Assembly: GCA_035505655.1 (NCBI GenBank)
Contig: DATJQP010000085.1
Location: forward strand, 6,395-70,394
Reading direction: 5' to 3'
DNA from: Bacteroidota bacterium
Lineage (GTDB): Bacteria > Bacteroidota > Ignavibacteria > UBA10030 > UBA8401
DNA: 64,000 bases
Shown: in pieces, positions 9,781 through 19,742 of the stretch
Position numbering within the stretch: position 1 is the stretch's first letter
Layout: every line of letters begins with the position of its first letter
The notes under the pieces: generated by a model
Databases searched by the model: none
Told to the model about the DNA's origin: nothing
The model's input: only the letters and a program-made list of their open reading frames with translations
Made by a program: the position numbers and the translations under genes

Positions 9781-10464
9781 TCATTGAATCAATTCGCTCA
9801 CGGTATGCGTCTCCGGCTGTTCTATTCTCATGACTCTGCGGCGATCTCCCTTTTCCATCCAGTAGATTGACTTTCCTTCAAAGTCGACGACCTCCACCCG
9901 GACGCACTGCACCGTCCCGATCGCCCCATCCCCGATGACGCTGAGCGTCATGGAGGCGAGGGTGTTCGTCCGCGGACTGATTGTTGGAAATGTTGCGATG
10001 CTTCCGGAGTCAAGAGGAATAGCCCGGACGAGGAGGGGAGATTCGGCATAGTCCCAAAGGGGGTCAGGAGAGTTGAGGGTGTTCGCAAGGGTTCGATTGT
10101 ATGGGAACATCCGGGTGCTGATCGTCGCGCTGTTCCTGCCGTACTCGCACGAGGTCGCCATCGCAACCTGATCGTTCACGACGATCGTTGCGCGTGAGAA
10201 GACCGGAGAGAGGTCGTCTTTCATCGACGTTGCCACGATCTTGGAGAATCCGGGCGAAATGATGGAGATGGAGAGTTCGAGAAGAGAGTCGCTCCGGAAG
10301 AGACACACCTGATAAAGGCCCTCTCCATGATCACCGTGGGATCGATACGTCAACACCTCGGGCTTCGGGGAGATCCAGCCGAGGTTCAGAGTTGTGGGTG
10401 AACCGGCGCTGAGCGAGAGGGTTATGATCGGAAAAAGCAGAAGGATACGACGGAGATATTTCAT
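9781..10464 (-). CDS. Hypothetical secreted protein.
   Basis: 227-aa ORF with the signal peptide MKYLRRILLLFPIITLSLSAGS. No recognisable family. Confidence 0.5.
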   Translation of the reverse strand: MKYLRRILLLFPIITLSLSAGSPTTLNLGWISPKPEVLTYRSHGDHGEGLYQVCLFRSDSLLELSISIISPGFSKIVATSMKDDLSPVFSRATIVVNDQVAMATSCEYGRNSATISTRMFPYNRTLANTLNSPDPLWDYAESPLLVRAIPLDSGSIATFPTISPRTNTLASMTLSVIGDGAIGTVQCVRVEVVDFEGKSIYWMEKGDRRRVMRIEQPETHTVSELIQ

Positions 10465-10558
10465 GAAAGTCTCCTTTCTGAAGAATGAGGTTTGACGGAT
10501 GGTGAAGATCGACGCGCTGCTTTGAAAACGCAGGGTCGTGAGTGATGAGAGCCGCCCC

Positions 10559-10966
10559 CTAGATGTTTCCCGCCCTCCGCTTGATGCCGAAATAGATTCC
10601 CCAGAAGAGAAGACCGATCGCTCCGTAGACTGCCGCAGCAGTGGGGGACTCGGAAATGAGCGAGTAGAATTGTCCGTGGACGTACGCGAAGGAGAATGGG
10701 GCGACCGTGAAGAAGATCGCCAGAGCCATGACGGAGGAGCGAACCCTCAGACGGCGGCGCGTGGCGAGGAGGACGCGCAGTTCATCTCCGGCTTCCATGC
10801 GGCCAGGCAATGTAGCATTTATGAGTCGCTTGTCGGCCGGTGAAGGAAGGCTTACCCCCGGATTGGCCGTGAGGTACTCCTCCACGAGCGCCTTAGTGTC
10901 GCTACTGCACTCCCCCGAAGAATAGAGTGGGAGGAGATCGTTGATGACGTCGGATGTGATCTTCAT
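10559..10966 (-). CDS. Putative anti-sigma factor: small, with an N-terminal cytoplasmic zf-HC2-like region and a C-terminal transmembrane helix.
   Basis: 135 aa. The N-terminus 'DVINDLLPLYSSGECSSDTKALVEEYLTANP' resembles anti-sigma N-domains. The C-terminal hydrophobic segment is 'VMALAIFFTVAPFSFAYVHGQFYSLI...IGLLFWGIYFGI'. There is a 4-nt overlap with the upstream ECF sigma gene (translational coupling). Confidence 0.6.
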   Translation of the reverse strand: MKITSDVINDLLPLYSSGECSSDTKALVEEYLTANPGVSLPSPADKRLINATLPGRMEAGDELRVLLATRRRLRVRSSVMALAIFFTVAPFSFAYVHGQFYSLISESPTAAAVYGAIGLLFWGIYFGIKRRAGNI

Positions 10967-11466
10967 GGTGTAGCTCCTTTGTGGATTCCTGTAAGGGCGC
11001 TGAGCCTCTGTCTTGCCCGAAAGATCTTCACTTTGATGGCGGGAACGCCCAACCCTGTCGCCTGAGAGATCTCGGCGTATGAGAGTCCCTCCTCGGCTTT
11101 CATGAGAAGGATGCTCCGATCGAGTTCCGGGAGCTTGCCAAGTGCCTTGACGGTGGCGTCGAGTTCTATCCGTTCTCCAGCGAGGGCGTCGGGGAGAGGC
11201 GAAGGATCGGGAGCCTCAACGTCGAGGGTTCCTTTCTTGCGGGCTCGCCGTATTTCATGGAGATAGAGATTCCTCGCGATCGCGAGGAGGTATGCCTTGA
11301 CCGTCTCAAACCTGATCGGCGCCTCCGAAGTCCATGCCCGCACAAAGGTCTCCGATGCGATGTCCTTGGCGAGGGAACTATCCCCGCAGAGCCAGAACGA
11401 AAACCTGTAGACATCCGCTGAATACTTTTCGAAGAGTTCTTTAAAATCGGTCGACCTATTCTCCAT
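10963..11466 (-). CDS. ECF-type RNA polymerase sigma-70 factor.
   Basis: Region-2 motifs 'FKELFEKYSADVYRFSFWLCGD...AKDIASETFVRAW' are present. Region 4 has the helix-turn-helix 'LGKLPELDRSILLMKAEEGLSYAEISQATGLGVPAIKVKIFRARQRL'. The ATG at 11466 (MENRST...) is preferred over the longer ORF starting at 11559. Confidence 0.85.
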   Translation of the reverse strand: MENRSTDFKELFEKYSADVYRFSFWLCGDSSLAKDIASETFVRAWTSEAPIRFETVKAYLLAIARNLYLHEIRRARKKGTLDVEAPDPSPLPDALAGERIELDATVKALGKLPELDRSILLMKAEEGLSYAEISQATGLGVPAIKVKIFRARQRLSALTGIHKGATP

Positions 11467-11614
11467 GAGGATAATATCCGTGAAAGAGGGAAAAGTTACA
11501 CCAGAAAAGAGTGCCCGCAGCCGATCATGATGGAGACGTGGAAAGGAAAAAAGGATCAAATTCTAAAAAAGGACTTGACATCAAATGAAAACTTTTGTAT
11601 CCTTTCCCTGAAAG

Positions 11615-11635
11615 TTATCGGTAAAGTAAACGATA
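11615..11635 (+). promoter_or_regulatory. Conserved motif copy A (AAAGTTATCGGTAAAGTAAACGATA) upstream of the GH28 gene. It contains the near-palindrome TTAYCGGTAA.
   Basis: It matches the motifs at 34840-34860 and 37214-37234 (22/23 identical core). It lies in the divergent intergenic region between the ECF sigma gene and GH28. Confidence 0.35.
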
Positions 11636-11905
11636 AAGTTCAGGACGCCCAGAATTCTCATTGATCGTCTATTTATCCCCCAAATCTCTCAGAAACGCCA
11701 GGTTTTTTCCTTCACATCGCAGTTGCTCACTCGCTATACCCTTTAACTTCGGACCCGGATGGGTTCTCTCACATCCTGACCAGTTCAAAATCGTCGCCTC
11801 CGCTCCGGCTTCCGGCACTCCTCGGGAGGTTCAAAATAGAATTGCATTCTATAGATGAACTTTGCTACAACCTCTGAGTCGCCATTCATGTTGATTTCCG
11901 GCCTC

Positions 11906-13495
11906 ATGAGAAGGATCCTATCCCTCCTCCTTGGCGTCGTTCTATGCTCCAGTCCTGCTTTCTCGCAGGGTGGAGGAGCGAACTCCCCGGGAATTTCCCC
12001 GCAGATCCTTCCGATCGATGCTCCCTTCCCGTTGGCTCAGTTTATCAAACCCTCCTTTCCCGAAAAACGATTTTTGATCACTGACTTTGGCGCAGTCGCT
12101 CGCCCCGGAATCAAGAACACCGCCGCCATCCAACGCACGATCGATACCGCCGCCTTTGCGGGTGGCGGATGCGTCGTCGTTCCTCCGGGAGAATGGCTCA
12201 CAGGAGCAATCCGCCTGAAGAGCAACATCGATCTGGTCCTTGAAAAAGGGTCCGTTCTCCTTTTCAGCCAGGATCCTGCCGATTACCTCCCGGTCGTTTT
12301 TGCCAGGCATGAAGATATCGAATGCTACAAGTACTCCTCTTTCATCTACGCCGATCATTGCTCGAACATCGCCATCACGGGCGAGGGAACGCTCAACGGC
12401 CAGGGAAAGCCATGGTGGGAATGGAAAACGTCGAAGAGGTCGTGCGAGGAAGAGCTTGAGGCGATGGGAGCGAAGGGTGTCCCCGTGACCGAGCGGGTCT
12501 TCGACGGAAGCAATGGCCGCGTCCTTCGGCCGGCATTCTTCCAGCCGATGAATTGCACCAATGTTCTTGTCGAAGGGGTGACCTTTCTCTATGGCGCCTT
12601 CTGGACGATCACACCCACGTACTGCGACAAGGTCATCATCCGGGGAGTCACCGTCAGGACAGAGGGCTCGTACGGCCATACGCCGAACGGAGACGGCATC
12701 GATCCCTCCTCCTCGACAAATGTTCTCATCGAAGAGTGCACGTTTGACACCGGCGACGATTGCATCGCCATCAAGTCGGGGAGGGACGCGGACGGGCTGC
12801 GGGTTCATGCACCGACTGCGAATGTCGTCATCCGTCATTGCGTCGGGCTTGCCGGTCATGGAGGGATTGTCGTCGGGAGCGAAACGTCCGGGGGAATCCG
12901 TAATGTCTATGCAACAGATTGTACCTTCCACGGCACCGAGAGGATCGTGCGGATAAAGACGGCTCGTGGCCGTGGCGGAGCGATCGAACATATGTGGTTT
13001 CGAAACCTTACAGCCGATACGATCACCCAGGAAGTCATCCACATCAACATGCTCTATACCGGCAATCGCCTTCCTGCCGAGAAGGTAACGCCGACAACGC
13101 CGACGATCAGCGACCTTCACTTCGCGAAGATATCGTGCGGCTGGGGAAAAAGGAGCGCGATACAGATTACCGGGATTCCTGAGATGCCGGTTTCACACAT
13201 CACCTTCGATTCCATAACGATCGGTTCGGCAGAAGGAGTTGTCTGCAGCGACGCGGACAACATCACGTTCAGAGATCTGTCCGTTCACCCTCAGTCGGGT
13301 CCGCTTCTTTCTTTTGTCGATTGCGTAAAAGTGACCGTCACCCGGATCGTCATTCCGGAAGGTCACGAATCAATTGTGCTTGCCGAGGGTCCAAAGACGG
13401 GAGCGGTGACGATCTCTCCAGCCGGGGGAACGGGAAGGAATATCGCTGTGCACTATGGCCCCGACGCTTCTCATGATGCCGTGAAAATCGAATGA
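11906..13495 (+). CDS. Glycoside hydrolase family 28 (polygalacturonase-like).
   Basis: Signal peptide MRRILSLLLGVVLCSSPAFSQ. GH28 beta-helix motifs: 'GEGTLNGQGKPWWEW', 'NGDGIDPSSSTNVLIEECTFDTGDDCIAIKSGRD', 'GHGGIVVGSETSGGIRNV', 'RIKTARGRGGAIE'. The 11855 ATG is an alternative start. Confidence 0.85.
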   Translation: MRRILSLLLGVVLCSSPAFSQGGGANSPGISPQILPIDAPFPLAQFIKPSFPEKRFLITDFGAVARPGIKNTAAIQRTIDTAAFAGGGCVVVPPGEWLTGAIRLKSNIDLVLEKGSVLLFSQDPADYLPVVFARHEDIECYKYSSFIYADHCSNIAITGEGTLNGQGKPWWEWKTSKRSCEEELEAMGAKGVPVTERVFDGSNGRVLRPAFFQPMNCTNVLVEGVTFLYGAFWTITPTYCDKVIIRGVTVRTEGSYGHTPNGDGIDPSSSTNVLIEECTFDTGDDCIAIKSGRDADGLRVHAPTANVVIRHCVGLAGHGGIVVGSETSGGIRNVYATDCTFHGTERIVRIKTARGRGGAIEHMWFRNLTADTITQEVIHINMLYTGNRLPAEKVTPTTPTISDLHFAKISCGWGKRSAIQITGIPEMPVSHITFDSITIGSAEGVVCSDADNITFRDLSVHPQSGPLLSFVDCVKVTVTRIVIPEGHESIVLAEGPKTGAVTISPAGGTGRNIAVHYGPDASHDAVKIE

Positions 13496-16464
13496 GCTCA
13501 CGCCCGACAGACCGGAAGAATGACTTTCGACGCCAGGGCGCATCGGCAACTGTGGTCGATGTGAGGGCATACGAAGGGGAGACGCTTCGCGCGATTCTGA
13601 TCTTAGTTGCGGTCATTCTGTTTTTCGTGAATGCCGGGCCTCTGGTTGGTCAGACCATGGGGAAGGTCTCCGGGACGATCGTCGACAGGGACACCAAGGA
13701 ACCGCTTGTCGGATGCAACGTCGTCATCCTCGGAACAAGGCTTGGAGCGACGACCGACATCGACGGCTCGTTCTTCATTCTCAACGTCCTCCCCGGCGAG
13801 TACAACCTTGAAGCATCGATGATCGGCTACCAGAAGGTGATGCTCGAAGAGGTGATCGTCAATTCAGGAAGGACGACGACGGCGAACTTCGTCCTGACGT
13901 CGACAACCCTTGTGCAGGGGGAGGTGGAGGTCGTGGCGAAAAGGCCCGATGTTCAGCCGGAGAAAACCTCGACGAGCGAAATTGTCAGATCGGACGACGT
14001 GAAGATGGTCGCGGGGATGCGGGATGTCACCGATGTCATCTCTCTTGCGGCCGACGTCACCGACGGTCACTTCCGCGGCGGTCGGACGGGGGAGGAGCTC
14101 TATACGCTCCAGGGGATGGGGATCGTGAATCCCCTCGACGCGACGAGCGCTTTCGTTCCGATCCTCAGCGCCGTCGAGGAAGTCGAGGTGTCAACGAGCG
14201 GGTTTGGAGCGCAATACGGGAACGCCCAGTCTGGTGTTGTTAACATCACCATGAAGGAGGGGAAGTCGGATAAATGGAACACGAGCTTCGATGCACGCCT
14301 CCGGCTGCCCGGGAGAAAGACCTTTGGACCGAGTGTCTACGATCCGACCGCGAATCCGTACCTGGCGAAGCTCCTGAACATAAATTTCTGGCTCACGGGA
14401 GATGCCGAAACGAGCAATCAGCCCCTCTATTCAAGCATGGGTTCGGGCCTCTCCAACAGGTACGGGGGCGACACCGCAGTGATCCAACAGGTCGCCTACA
14501 CCTTGTGGAGGATGCAGACGAAGAGGGATCTCGACCTGAGCTACGGCAAGAGCATCGACTATGCCGTCGAAGGGGGAACGGGGGGACCGATCAACGATAT
14601 GATGAGGATGTTCGTCGCATTGCGGTCGAACGTCGTCAACCCGGAGTTTCCGACGCAGGATCCTGACGTCGACCGCCAGCTCATGGCGAATGTCGCGACC
14701 GACTTCGGGAAGGGGGCGACGCTCCTCGTCAGCGGCGGATATTCACAGAGCTTCTCCAACGTCTTTCCGAGCTCCGACGGCCTCGGATTCTACAAATGGC
14801 TCTGGGACAGAAACCTGGACATCGAGTATCAGAACACCATCAACGCGGAGTTCGGCGCGAGGTTTTCCAAAGCTCTCAGCGCGAGCACCTTCTACGAGGT
14901 GAAGCTCAACGCCCTGTCGACAAAGCTGAACCTCGGCTCCTCTCCGTGGCCGAGCGCTCTCCCCGATTCGCTCATCATCAAGCCCGAAAACACCAACACC
15001 GTTCTTACCGCGCCGGTCACCGGTCCCGATCTCTTCACCTACCTGGCCGGCAACGACGATTTCAGGCTCGAGAAGACTCTCACCGTTTCGTTCGAGGCGT
15101 CGATGACGAGCCAGGTGACCAAATCCCATCTCATCAACGGCGGCGTCCAGGTCAACGGTTATCAGATCGAGTCGGACGATGAGCTGAGCACAAGCGGCAC
15201 GGTCCAGACCCGCGACTACACCGCAAAGCCGATCGAGGCGGGATTCTACCTTCAGGACAAAATGGAATTCGAAGGGATGATCGCGAACGTCGGACTTCGG
15301 CTCGACCTGTGGAATTCCAACAAGGACTATTACGTCAACACCTTCGACCCGTTCGCGGTCATCAACGACTCGGGAAAAGTCGTTCGGAGCATCGCGTCGG
15401 CCGAATACGCGCGGACTCCGCTCATCGGCCGGTTACAGCCGAGGGCGGGAATTTCCTTCCCGGTTTCCGTGAACACGGTCTTCCATCTCAACTACGGCGC
15501 GTACATGCAGCGGCCGTCGTTCCAGTACATCGTGACGACGAGCGTTCAGCCCCAGTACAACGAACCGGTGACGCTCGGCAACCCGCGCCTCGAGCCGGAG
15601 ACGACGAACAGCTACGACGTGGGGATCATGCAGGGACTCGGAGAGGGGATGACGCTTGACATCAGCGGATACTACAAGGATGTGAAGAACCTTATCGAAC
15701 AGGCGACCTTCACCGATGTCGTCAGTGCAGTGACCTACAACACCTACTACAACAGAGACTACGCCGACATCCGGGGTTTCAGAGCGACCCTTGCCAAACG
15801 GAGCGGAGAGATCGCGGCCTCGATCAGCTACCAGTACAGCGTGGCGACGGGGAAGAGTGCGACCGTTTCCGAAGCGCCGCCGCTCTTCAGGCGGGATTCG
15901 ACGGGGACGGTGACGACGGATCTCGGAGGCGTGCCGAACAGGGATATTCTCCTTGACTTCGACCGGACGCACAACCTCGTCATCACGCTTGCCTATTCCA
16001 CCCCGAAGGAATTCGGTCCGATGATTGCCGAGGCGTATCCGCTGGAGAACTTCACCTTCTCGGTGAACGCGTTTGCGAGAAGCGGGCGTCCCTACACTTC
16101 CTCGAAAGATCCGACGAACATCAATGCTGCCCGCACTCCCGCGGAATACAACACGAATATCCGTCTGACGAGAACATTCGACGACCTTGCAGGGGTTAAG
16201 ACGTCAGTCTACGCCGAGGTGTTCAACCTCTTCAACAACAAGATTTTGAACTATACGTACCTGTTTGCCGCGACGACCGCGAACCAGGCCAATCCCAACA
16301 TCCAGCCGTACGAGAACTACGCGTTCAACGACCCGCAGCGTGGAGTTCTTTACTGGAATACTTCGAACTCGGCGAGGCCGATTGCGTTCCCGGTCGACCA
16401 GTCGTTCCTCATTTACGACAACCAGCCACGATCGTATAACGTCGGAGTCAGCGTTGAATTCTAG
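13492..16464 (+). CDS. TonB-dependent outer-membrane receptor with an N-terminal CarboxypepD_reg-like domain (SusC/RagA-like architecture).
   Basis: CarboxypepD_reg region 'GKVSGTIVDRDTKEPLVGCNVVILGTRLGATTDIDGSFFILNVLPGEYNLEASMIGYQKV'. A plug region follows ('RSDDVKMVAGMRDVTDVISL...'), then a long beta-barrel with a C-terminal aromatic-rich end. The start overlaps the GH28 stop (ATGA); the exact start is uncertain. Confidence 0.85.
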   Translation: MSSRPTDRKNDFRRQGASATVVDVRAYEGETLRAILILVAVILFFVNAGPLVGQTMGKVSGTIVDRDTKEPLVGCNVVILGTRLGATTDIDGSFFILNVLPGEYNLEASMIGYQKVMLEEVIVNSGRTTTANFVLTSTTLVQGEVEVVAKRPDVQPEKTSTSEIVRSDDVKMVAGMRDVTDVISLAADVTDGHFRGGRTGEELYTLQGMGIVNPLDATSAFVPILSAVEEVEVSTSGFGAQYGNAQSGVVNITMKEGKSDKWNTSFDARLRLPGRKTFGPSVYDPTANPYLAKLLNINFWLTGDAETSNQPLYSSMGSGLSNRYGGDTAVIQQVAYTLWRMQTKRDLDLSYGKSIDYAVEGGTGGPINDMMRMFVALRSNVVNPEFPTQDPDVDRQLMANVATDFGKGATLLVSGGYSQSFSNVFPSSDGLGFYKWLWDRNLDIEYQNTINAEFGARFSKALSASTFYEVKLNALSTKLNLGSSPWPSALPDSLIIKPENTNTVLTAPVTGPDLFTYLAGNDDFRLEKTLTVSFEASMTSQVTKSHLINGGVQVNGYQIESDDELSTSGTVQTRDYTAKPIEAGFYLQDKMEFEGMIANVGLRLDLWNSNKDYYVNTFDPFAVINDSGKVVRSIASAEYARTPLIGRLQPRAGISFPVSVNTVFHLNYGAYMQRPSFQYIVTTSVQPQYNEPVTLGNPRLEPETTNSYDVGIMQGLGEGMTLDISGYYKDVKNLIEQATFTDVVSAVTYNTYYNRDYADIRGFRATLAKRSGEIAASISYQYSVATGKSATVSEAPPLFRRDSTGTVTTDLGGVPNRDILLDFDRTHNLVITLAYSTPKEFGPMIAEAYPLENFTFSVNAFARSGRPYTSSKDPTNINAARTPAEYNTNIRLTRTFDDLAGVKTSVYAEVFNLFNNKILNYTYLFAATTANQANPNIQPYENYAFNDPQRGVLYWNTSNSARPIAFPVDQSFLIYDNQPRSYNVGVSVEF

Positions 16465-16474
16465 AAGGTTTGCC

Positions 16475-18697
16475 ATGCGCATCGCACGGTTCGTAGTGAG
16501 AGGAGCTTCGACGGAATTGCTCCTCTGCTGCATGCTCTTCGCCTTCTCAACTGCGCAGACGCGGGCGCCGCAGACCCACACGAGGGGGATGCTTCACCAG
16601 ACGGTCTATAATACGGGAGAGCTCGGCCGCGCGTTCGACGGCGGGCAGACCGGGATGACGGCGGGGTACTCGTCGATGGAGTGGCCGCCGAACTCTCACA
16701 TCATTCTCGACGGCAGGGACTACCCCGGACAGCACAACTCGATGGGAGGCGGAGTCTACCTTGCGGGGGTGCTCAACGGGACGCGCCAGACCGTTGCCTG
16801 CGGCGCCATCGCGACGGCGGGAAATGGTCAGACGGTTCCCATAGAAGGTGTCTACAGTTTCCCGATATCAAACTCCCGGACCGAGAACTACCCCGTGTTG
16901 AGCAACGGAGATCTCAACCCGTCATACAATCCCAACGAAGCCGAGGAGACGATTGTTGCGACATGGAACACGCCGCTCAACATCACCGTCACGCGAACGA
17001 GCCGCGCGTGGAGTTACCCGGGTTACAATTGCTTCATCATCTACGAGTACGATTTCGTCAACGCAAACCCAACCCCCATTACCGATGCGTTTGTCGGATG
17101 GGGATACGGGCTCTGTCCCTCGATGTTCGGCTACCAGCGGTTGTACAACGAGTGGTCCGAGAGCGCCGATATGCGCTCGAAGGACATGTATGCGCGTTTT
17201 GACCTCAAGCGCTGGATGTCGTACAACCAGGAGCGCATCGGCAAACCGGACGCGACGTACTTCGACTATTGGTCGGGCCCCGGGGACAGAGGAGGGCTCG
17301 ATTCGCCGCAAGCCGTGGGTTTCCTTCCTCTCTATTATGATCACGACCACCTCGCCGTGAAGGGACAGACGAATTACCCTGTTGCCTCAGACAGCGCCTA
17401 CGTCTGGGACGAAACGAACAGGATCAAACAGCCCTACACGAACCGGTACGAAAACAGGAACGTCGACATCACGAAAATCCAAAGCTGGACCGATATCACG
17501 ACACGAAAGACCCAGGCTTTCGGCGGGTCGTCCGACTCGACAAGTTTCCTTGCAACAAACGCGGGAGACTGGGCCTATTGGAAGGGAAGGGCAAAGCCGA
17601 CGTCGAACCTTGGATGGAAGCAGCCGGTGGTGCACGGGTACGTGTTCGGACCGTATACGTTCCCTCCAAACGAGCATGTCCGATTTTCGATCGCTGAAGT
17701 TGTCGGGTACGGCGCCGGCGACGCAGGCGACACGGTCTATGACGACCTCGGTGGCGGAATCGAGACGACCGGGAATGTCTTTCATCAGGTCGACAGCTGG
17801 TACAACGAACTCCACTATTCGACCGCCGGAGGTTCACCGTCCGCAATCGGAAGCTCGTATCTCCGGACCCACGAGCTTCCGTGGTACGTGACGCCCGGCG
17901 TAGTATCGATACGCGACGTTGCCGACAGAGCCATCCAGATGTACACCGGTGCGGCGGCTCCCATCAAACACGATTCGGTGCAATTCGATCCCCGATACAC
18001 CCCCCAGACCGGAAATTACGCCAACACGATCCCGATCCCTATTCCGGCGCCGGTCTTCACCGTCCAGAACACAAGCGCGGGGGTGAATCAAATTACCTGG
18101 GGTTCGCAGGTGGAGTCGTTCTCGACGCCGAGGCTCCATGCCCCGTTCAGCTACTACATGGCGTACCGATCGACGAGCGCGCTCGGACCATGGAAGCTCA
18201 TGGACAGCATCGGGAAGGAAGACCCCCGGTACTGGCGCGATACCTCCTACGTCCTCTACGATCACGACAGCAACGCGGGCGAGGATGCGTACTATATCAT
18301 CTACTCGGTCGACGGGCTCGGCATGAGGAGTGGCGTCACCAACCTTACGGCGCACAACACGCAGGCGCCGGCCTCCCTGACGCTTAACAAGGTCTGGGTA
18401 GTGCCGAATCCGTTCATCGTGTCGTATGGCGGGAACGCGACGTCGACGGCCGGGGACGTGACGGACAAGATCGGCTTTTTCGGACTTACGAAGAAATGCA
18501 CGATCCGGATCTTTTCCTACAGCGGTGCGCTCGTCCAGACCATCGATCACGATACTCCGCCGACCTCCGGCTACTCGCAGGAGTGGTTCCAGATCTCCCG
18601 GAACAATCAACTGATGGCCTCCGGGGTCTACTTCTTCACGGTGGACGATGCCGCGACCGGAAAACGGGTCACGGGAAAGTTTGTCGTTATTCATTGA
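16475..18697 (+). CDS. Hypothetical secreted protein (740 aa) in the position of the TBDR partner. Its C-terminal beta-sandwich resembles a T9SS CTD / FlgD-Ig-like domain.
   Basis: Signal-like N-terminus MRIARFVVRGASTELLLCCMLFAFSTAQT. C-terminus 'VVPNPF...CTIRIFSYSGALVQTIDHD...GVYFFTVDDAATGKRVTGKFVVIH'. No SusD/TPR features. The start is 11 nt after the TBDR stop. Confidence 0.6.
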   Translation: MRIARFVVRGASTELLLCCMLFAFSTAQTRAPQTHTRGMLHQTVYNTGELGRAFDGGQTGMTAGYSSMEWPPNSHIILDGRDYPGQHNSMGGGVYLAGVLNGTRQTVACGAIATAGNGQTVPIEGVYSFPISNSRTENYPVLSNGDLNPSYNPNEAEETIVATWNTPLNITVTRTSRAWSYPGYNCFIIYEYDFVNANPTPITDAFVGWGYGLCPSMFGYQRLYNEWSESADMRSKDMYARFDLKRWMSYNQERIGKPDATYFDYWSGPGDRGGLDSPQAVGFLPLYYDHDHLAVKGQTNYPVASDSAYVWDETNRIKQPYTNRYENRNVDITKIQSWTDITTRKTQAFGGSSDSTSFLATNAGDWAYWKGRAKPTSNLGWKQPVVHGYVFGPYTFPPNEHVRFSIAEVVGYGAGDAGDTVYDDLGGGIETTGNVFHQVDSWYNELHYSTAGGSPSAIGSSYLRTHELPWYVTPGVVSIRDVADRAIQMYTGAAAPIKHDSVQFDPRYTPQTGNYANTIPIPIPAPVFTVQNTSAGVNQITWGSQVESFSTPRLHAPFSYYMAYRSTSALGPWKLMDSIGKEDPRYWRDTSYVLYDHDSNAGEDAYYIIYSVDGLGMRSGVTNLTAHNTQAPASLTLNKVWVVPNPFIVSYGGNATSTAGDVTDKIGFFGLTKKCTIRIFSYSGALVQTIDHDTPPTSGYSQEWFQISRNNQLMASGVYFFTVDDAATGKRVTGKFVVIH

Positions 18698-18713
18698 GCG
18701 AGAGATCGATTCC

Positions 18714-19742
18714 ATGAACATGACGAGGCGATTTGGAGTCTTCCTGGCGGCGATGATGCTGGCCTCCGTAAGCGCGGATGCGCAGAAGGTCGGAAGCACG
18801 TCGATGGAATTCCTCGAGGTGATGCCGGTCGCCCGGGCGACCGCCCTCGGCGACGCCTACAGCGTCTGGGCGACGGGTGCGGACGCCGTTTTCTGGAACC
18901 CGAGCGGGCTCGCCGTCATAGAGCATCAGGAGCTCTCCTCGACCTTCGTGAAATGGATCTTCGATACGCGACAGGGAGCTCTTTCGTACGCCACACCGCT
19001 CGGGGCACTCGGCGCCGTCGGCCTTCAGATCCAGTATGTCGACTACGGCGAATTTGAGGAAGCTGTTGCGACCCGGCCGTATATCGACCAGATTGAGAAC
19101 CAGGGACTCACGGGAAACACCTTCCATCCATTCAGCTATCTCGTCGGACTCAGTTACGCCCGGAGCCTGACGGACAAGTTTTCGACGGGGCTTTCGGTGA
19201 AGTTTGCTCACGAGTCGCTCTACAACGGTCAGATGGTCCTTGCGCAGGTGAGTCCGATCGCGACGGAGGAAGTGAAGACATGGGCGAGTGGGGTGATGTT
19301 CGATTTCGGGATGCGCTACAACACCGGCTATCACACGGTCCAGATCGGAGCATCGGTGCAGAATTTTGGACCCAATGTGACCTACGCAATTCAGTCGAGC
19401 CCGGTGCCGTTGTTGTTCCGATGGGGCATCGCCGCGGATGTCATCGGAAAGGATGCTCTCCTTCTCGAGGACGGCGAGAACCGCGTGGGCATCGCCTTCG
19501 ATCTCTACCAGCCGAACGACTACGCACAACAGGAACATCTGGGTGTTGAGTATGAGTACGCGGGGGTGCTCGCCCTCCGGGTCGGGTACAAGTTTAACTA
19601 CGACTATGAGGGGCTCACCCTCGGAGCGGGAGTTCAGCAACCGATCGGGTCCGTGCTCCTTGCTTTTGACTACAGTTACGGTTCAATCGGTCCTTACCTC
19701 GGCAATGTTCAGCGAATAAGCCTCGGAGCGAGAATTCAATGA
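18714..19742 (+). CDS. PorV/PorQ-like (UPF0164-like) outer-membrane beta-barrel protein.
   Basis: Signal MNMTRRFGVFLAAMMLASVSADAQ. The N-terminal motif 'KVGSTSMEFLEVMPVARATALGDAYSVWATGADAVFWNPSGLAV' matches the PorV-family signature (G-T-S-x-x-FL-x-I-x-x-x-AR-A-x-A-x-G-x-A...DA-x-A-x-(Y/F)-WNP-(A/S)-GLA). Alternating amphipathic beta strands; the protein ends '...ISLGARIQ'. Confidence 0.55.
   Translation: MNMTRRFGVFLAAMMLASVSADAQKVGSTSMEFLEVMPVARATALGDAYSVWATGADAVFWNPSGLAVIEHQELSSTFVKWIFDTRQGALSYATPLGALGAVGLQIQYVDYGEFEEAVATRPYIDQIENQGLTGNTFHPFSYLVGLSYARSLTDKFSTGLSVKFAHESLYNGQMVLAQVSPIATEEVKTWASGVMFDFGMRYNTGYHTVQIGASVQNFGPNVTYAIQSSPVPLLFRWGIAADVIGKDALLLEDGENRVGIAFDLYQPNDYAQQEHLGVEYEYAGVLALRVGYKFNYDYEGLTLGAGVQQPIGSVLLAFDYSYGSIGPYLGNVQRISLGARIQ

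Noticed and set aside
11575-11606. A plus-strand TTGACA-N17-TATCCT sigma-70-like promoter candidate upstream of GH28.
   Set aside because: It is plausible by spacing but lies ~300 bp from the GH28 start, and the -10 is weak (TATCCT). It was kept out of the features because it cannot be distinguished from a chance match without transcription start site data.
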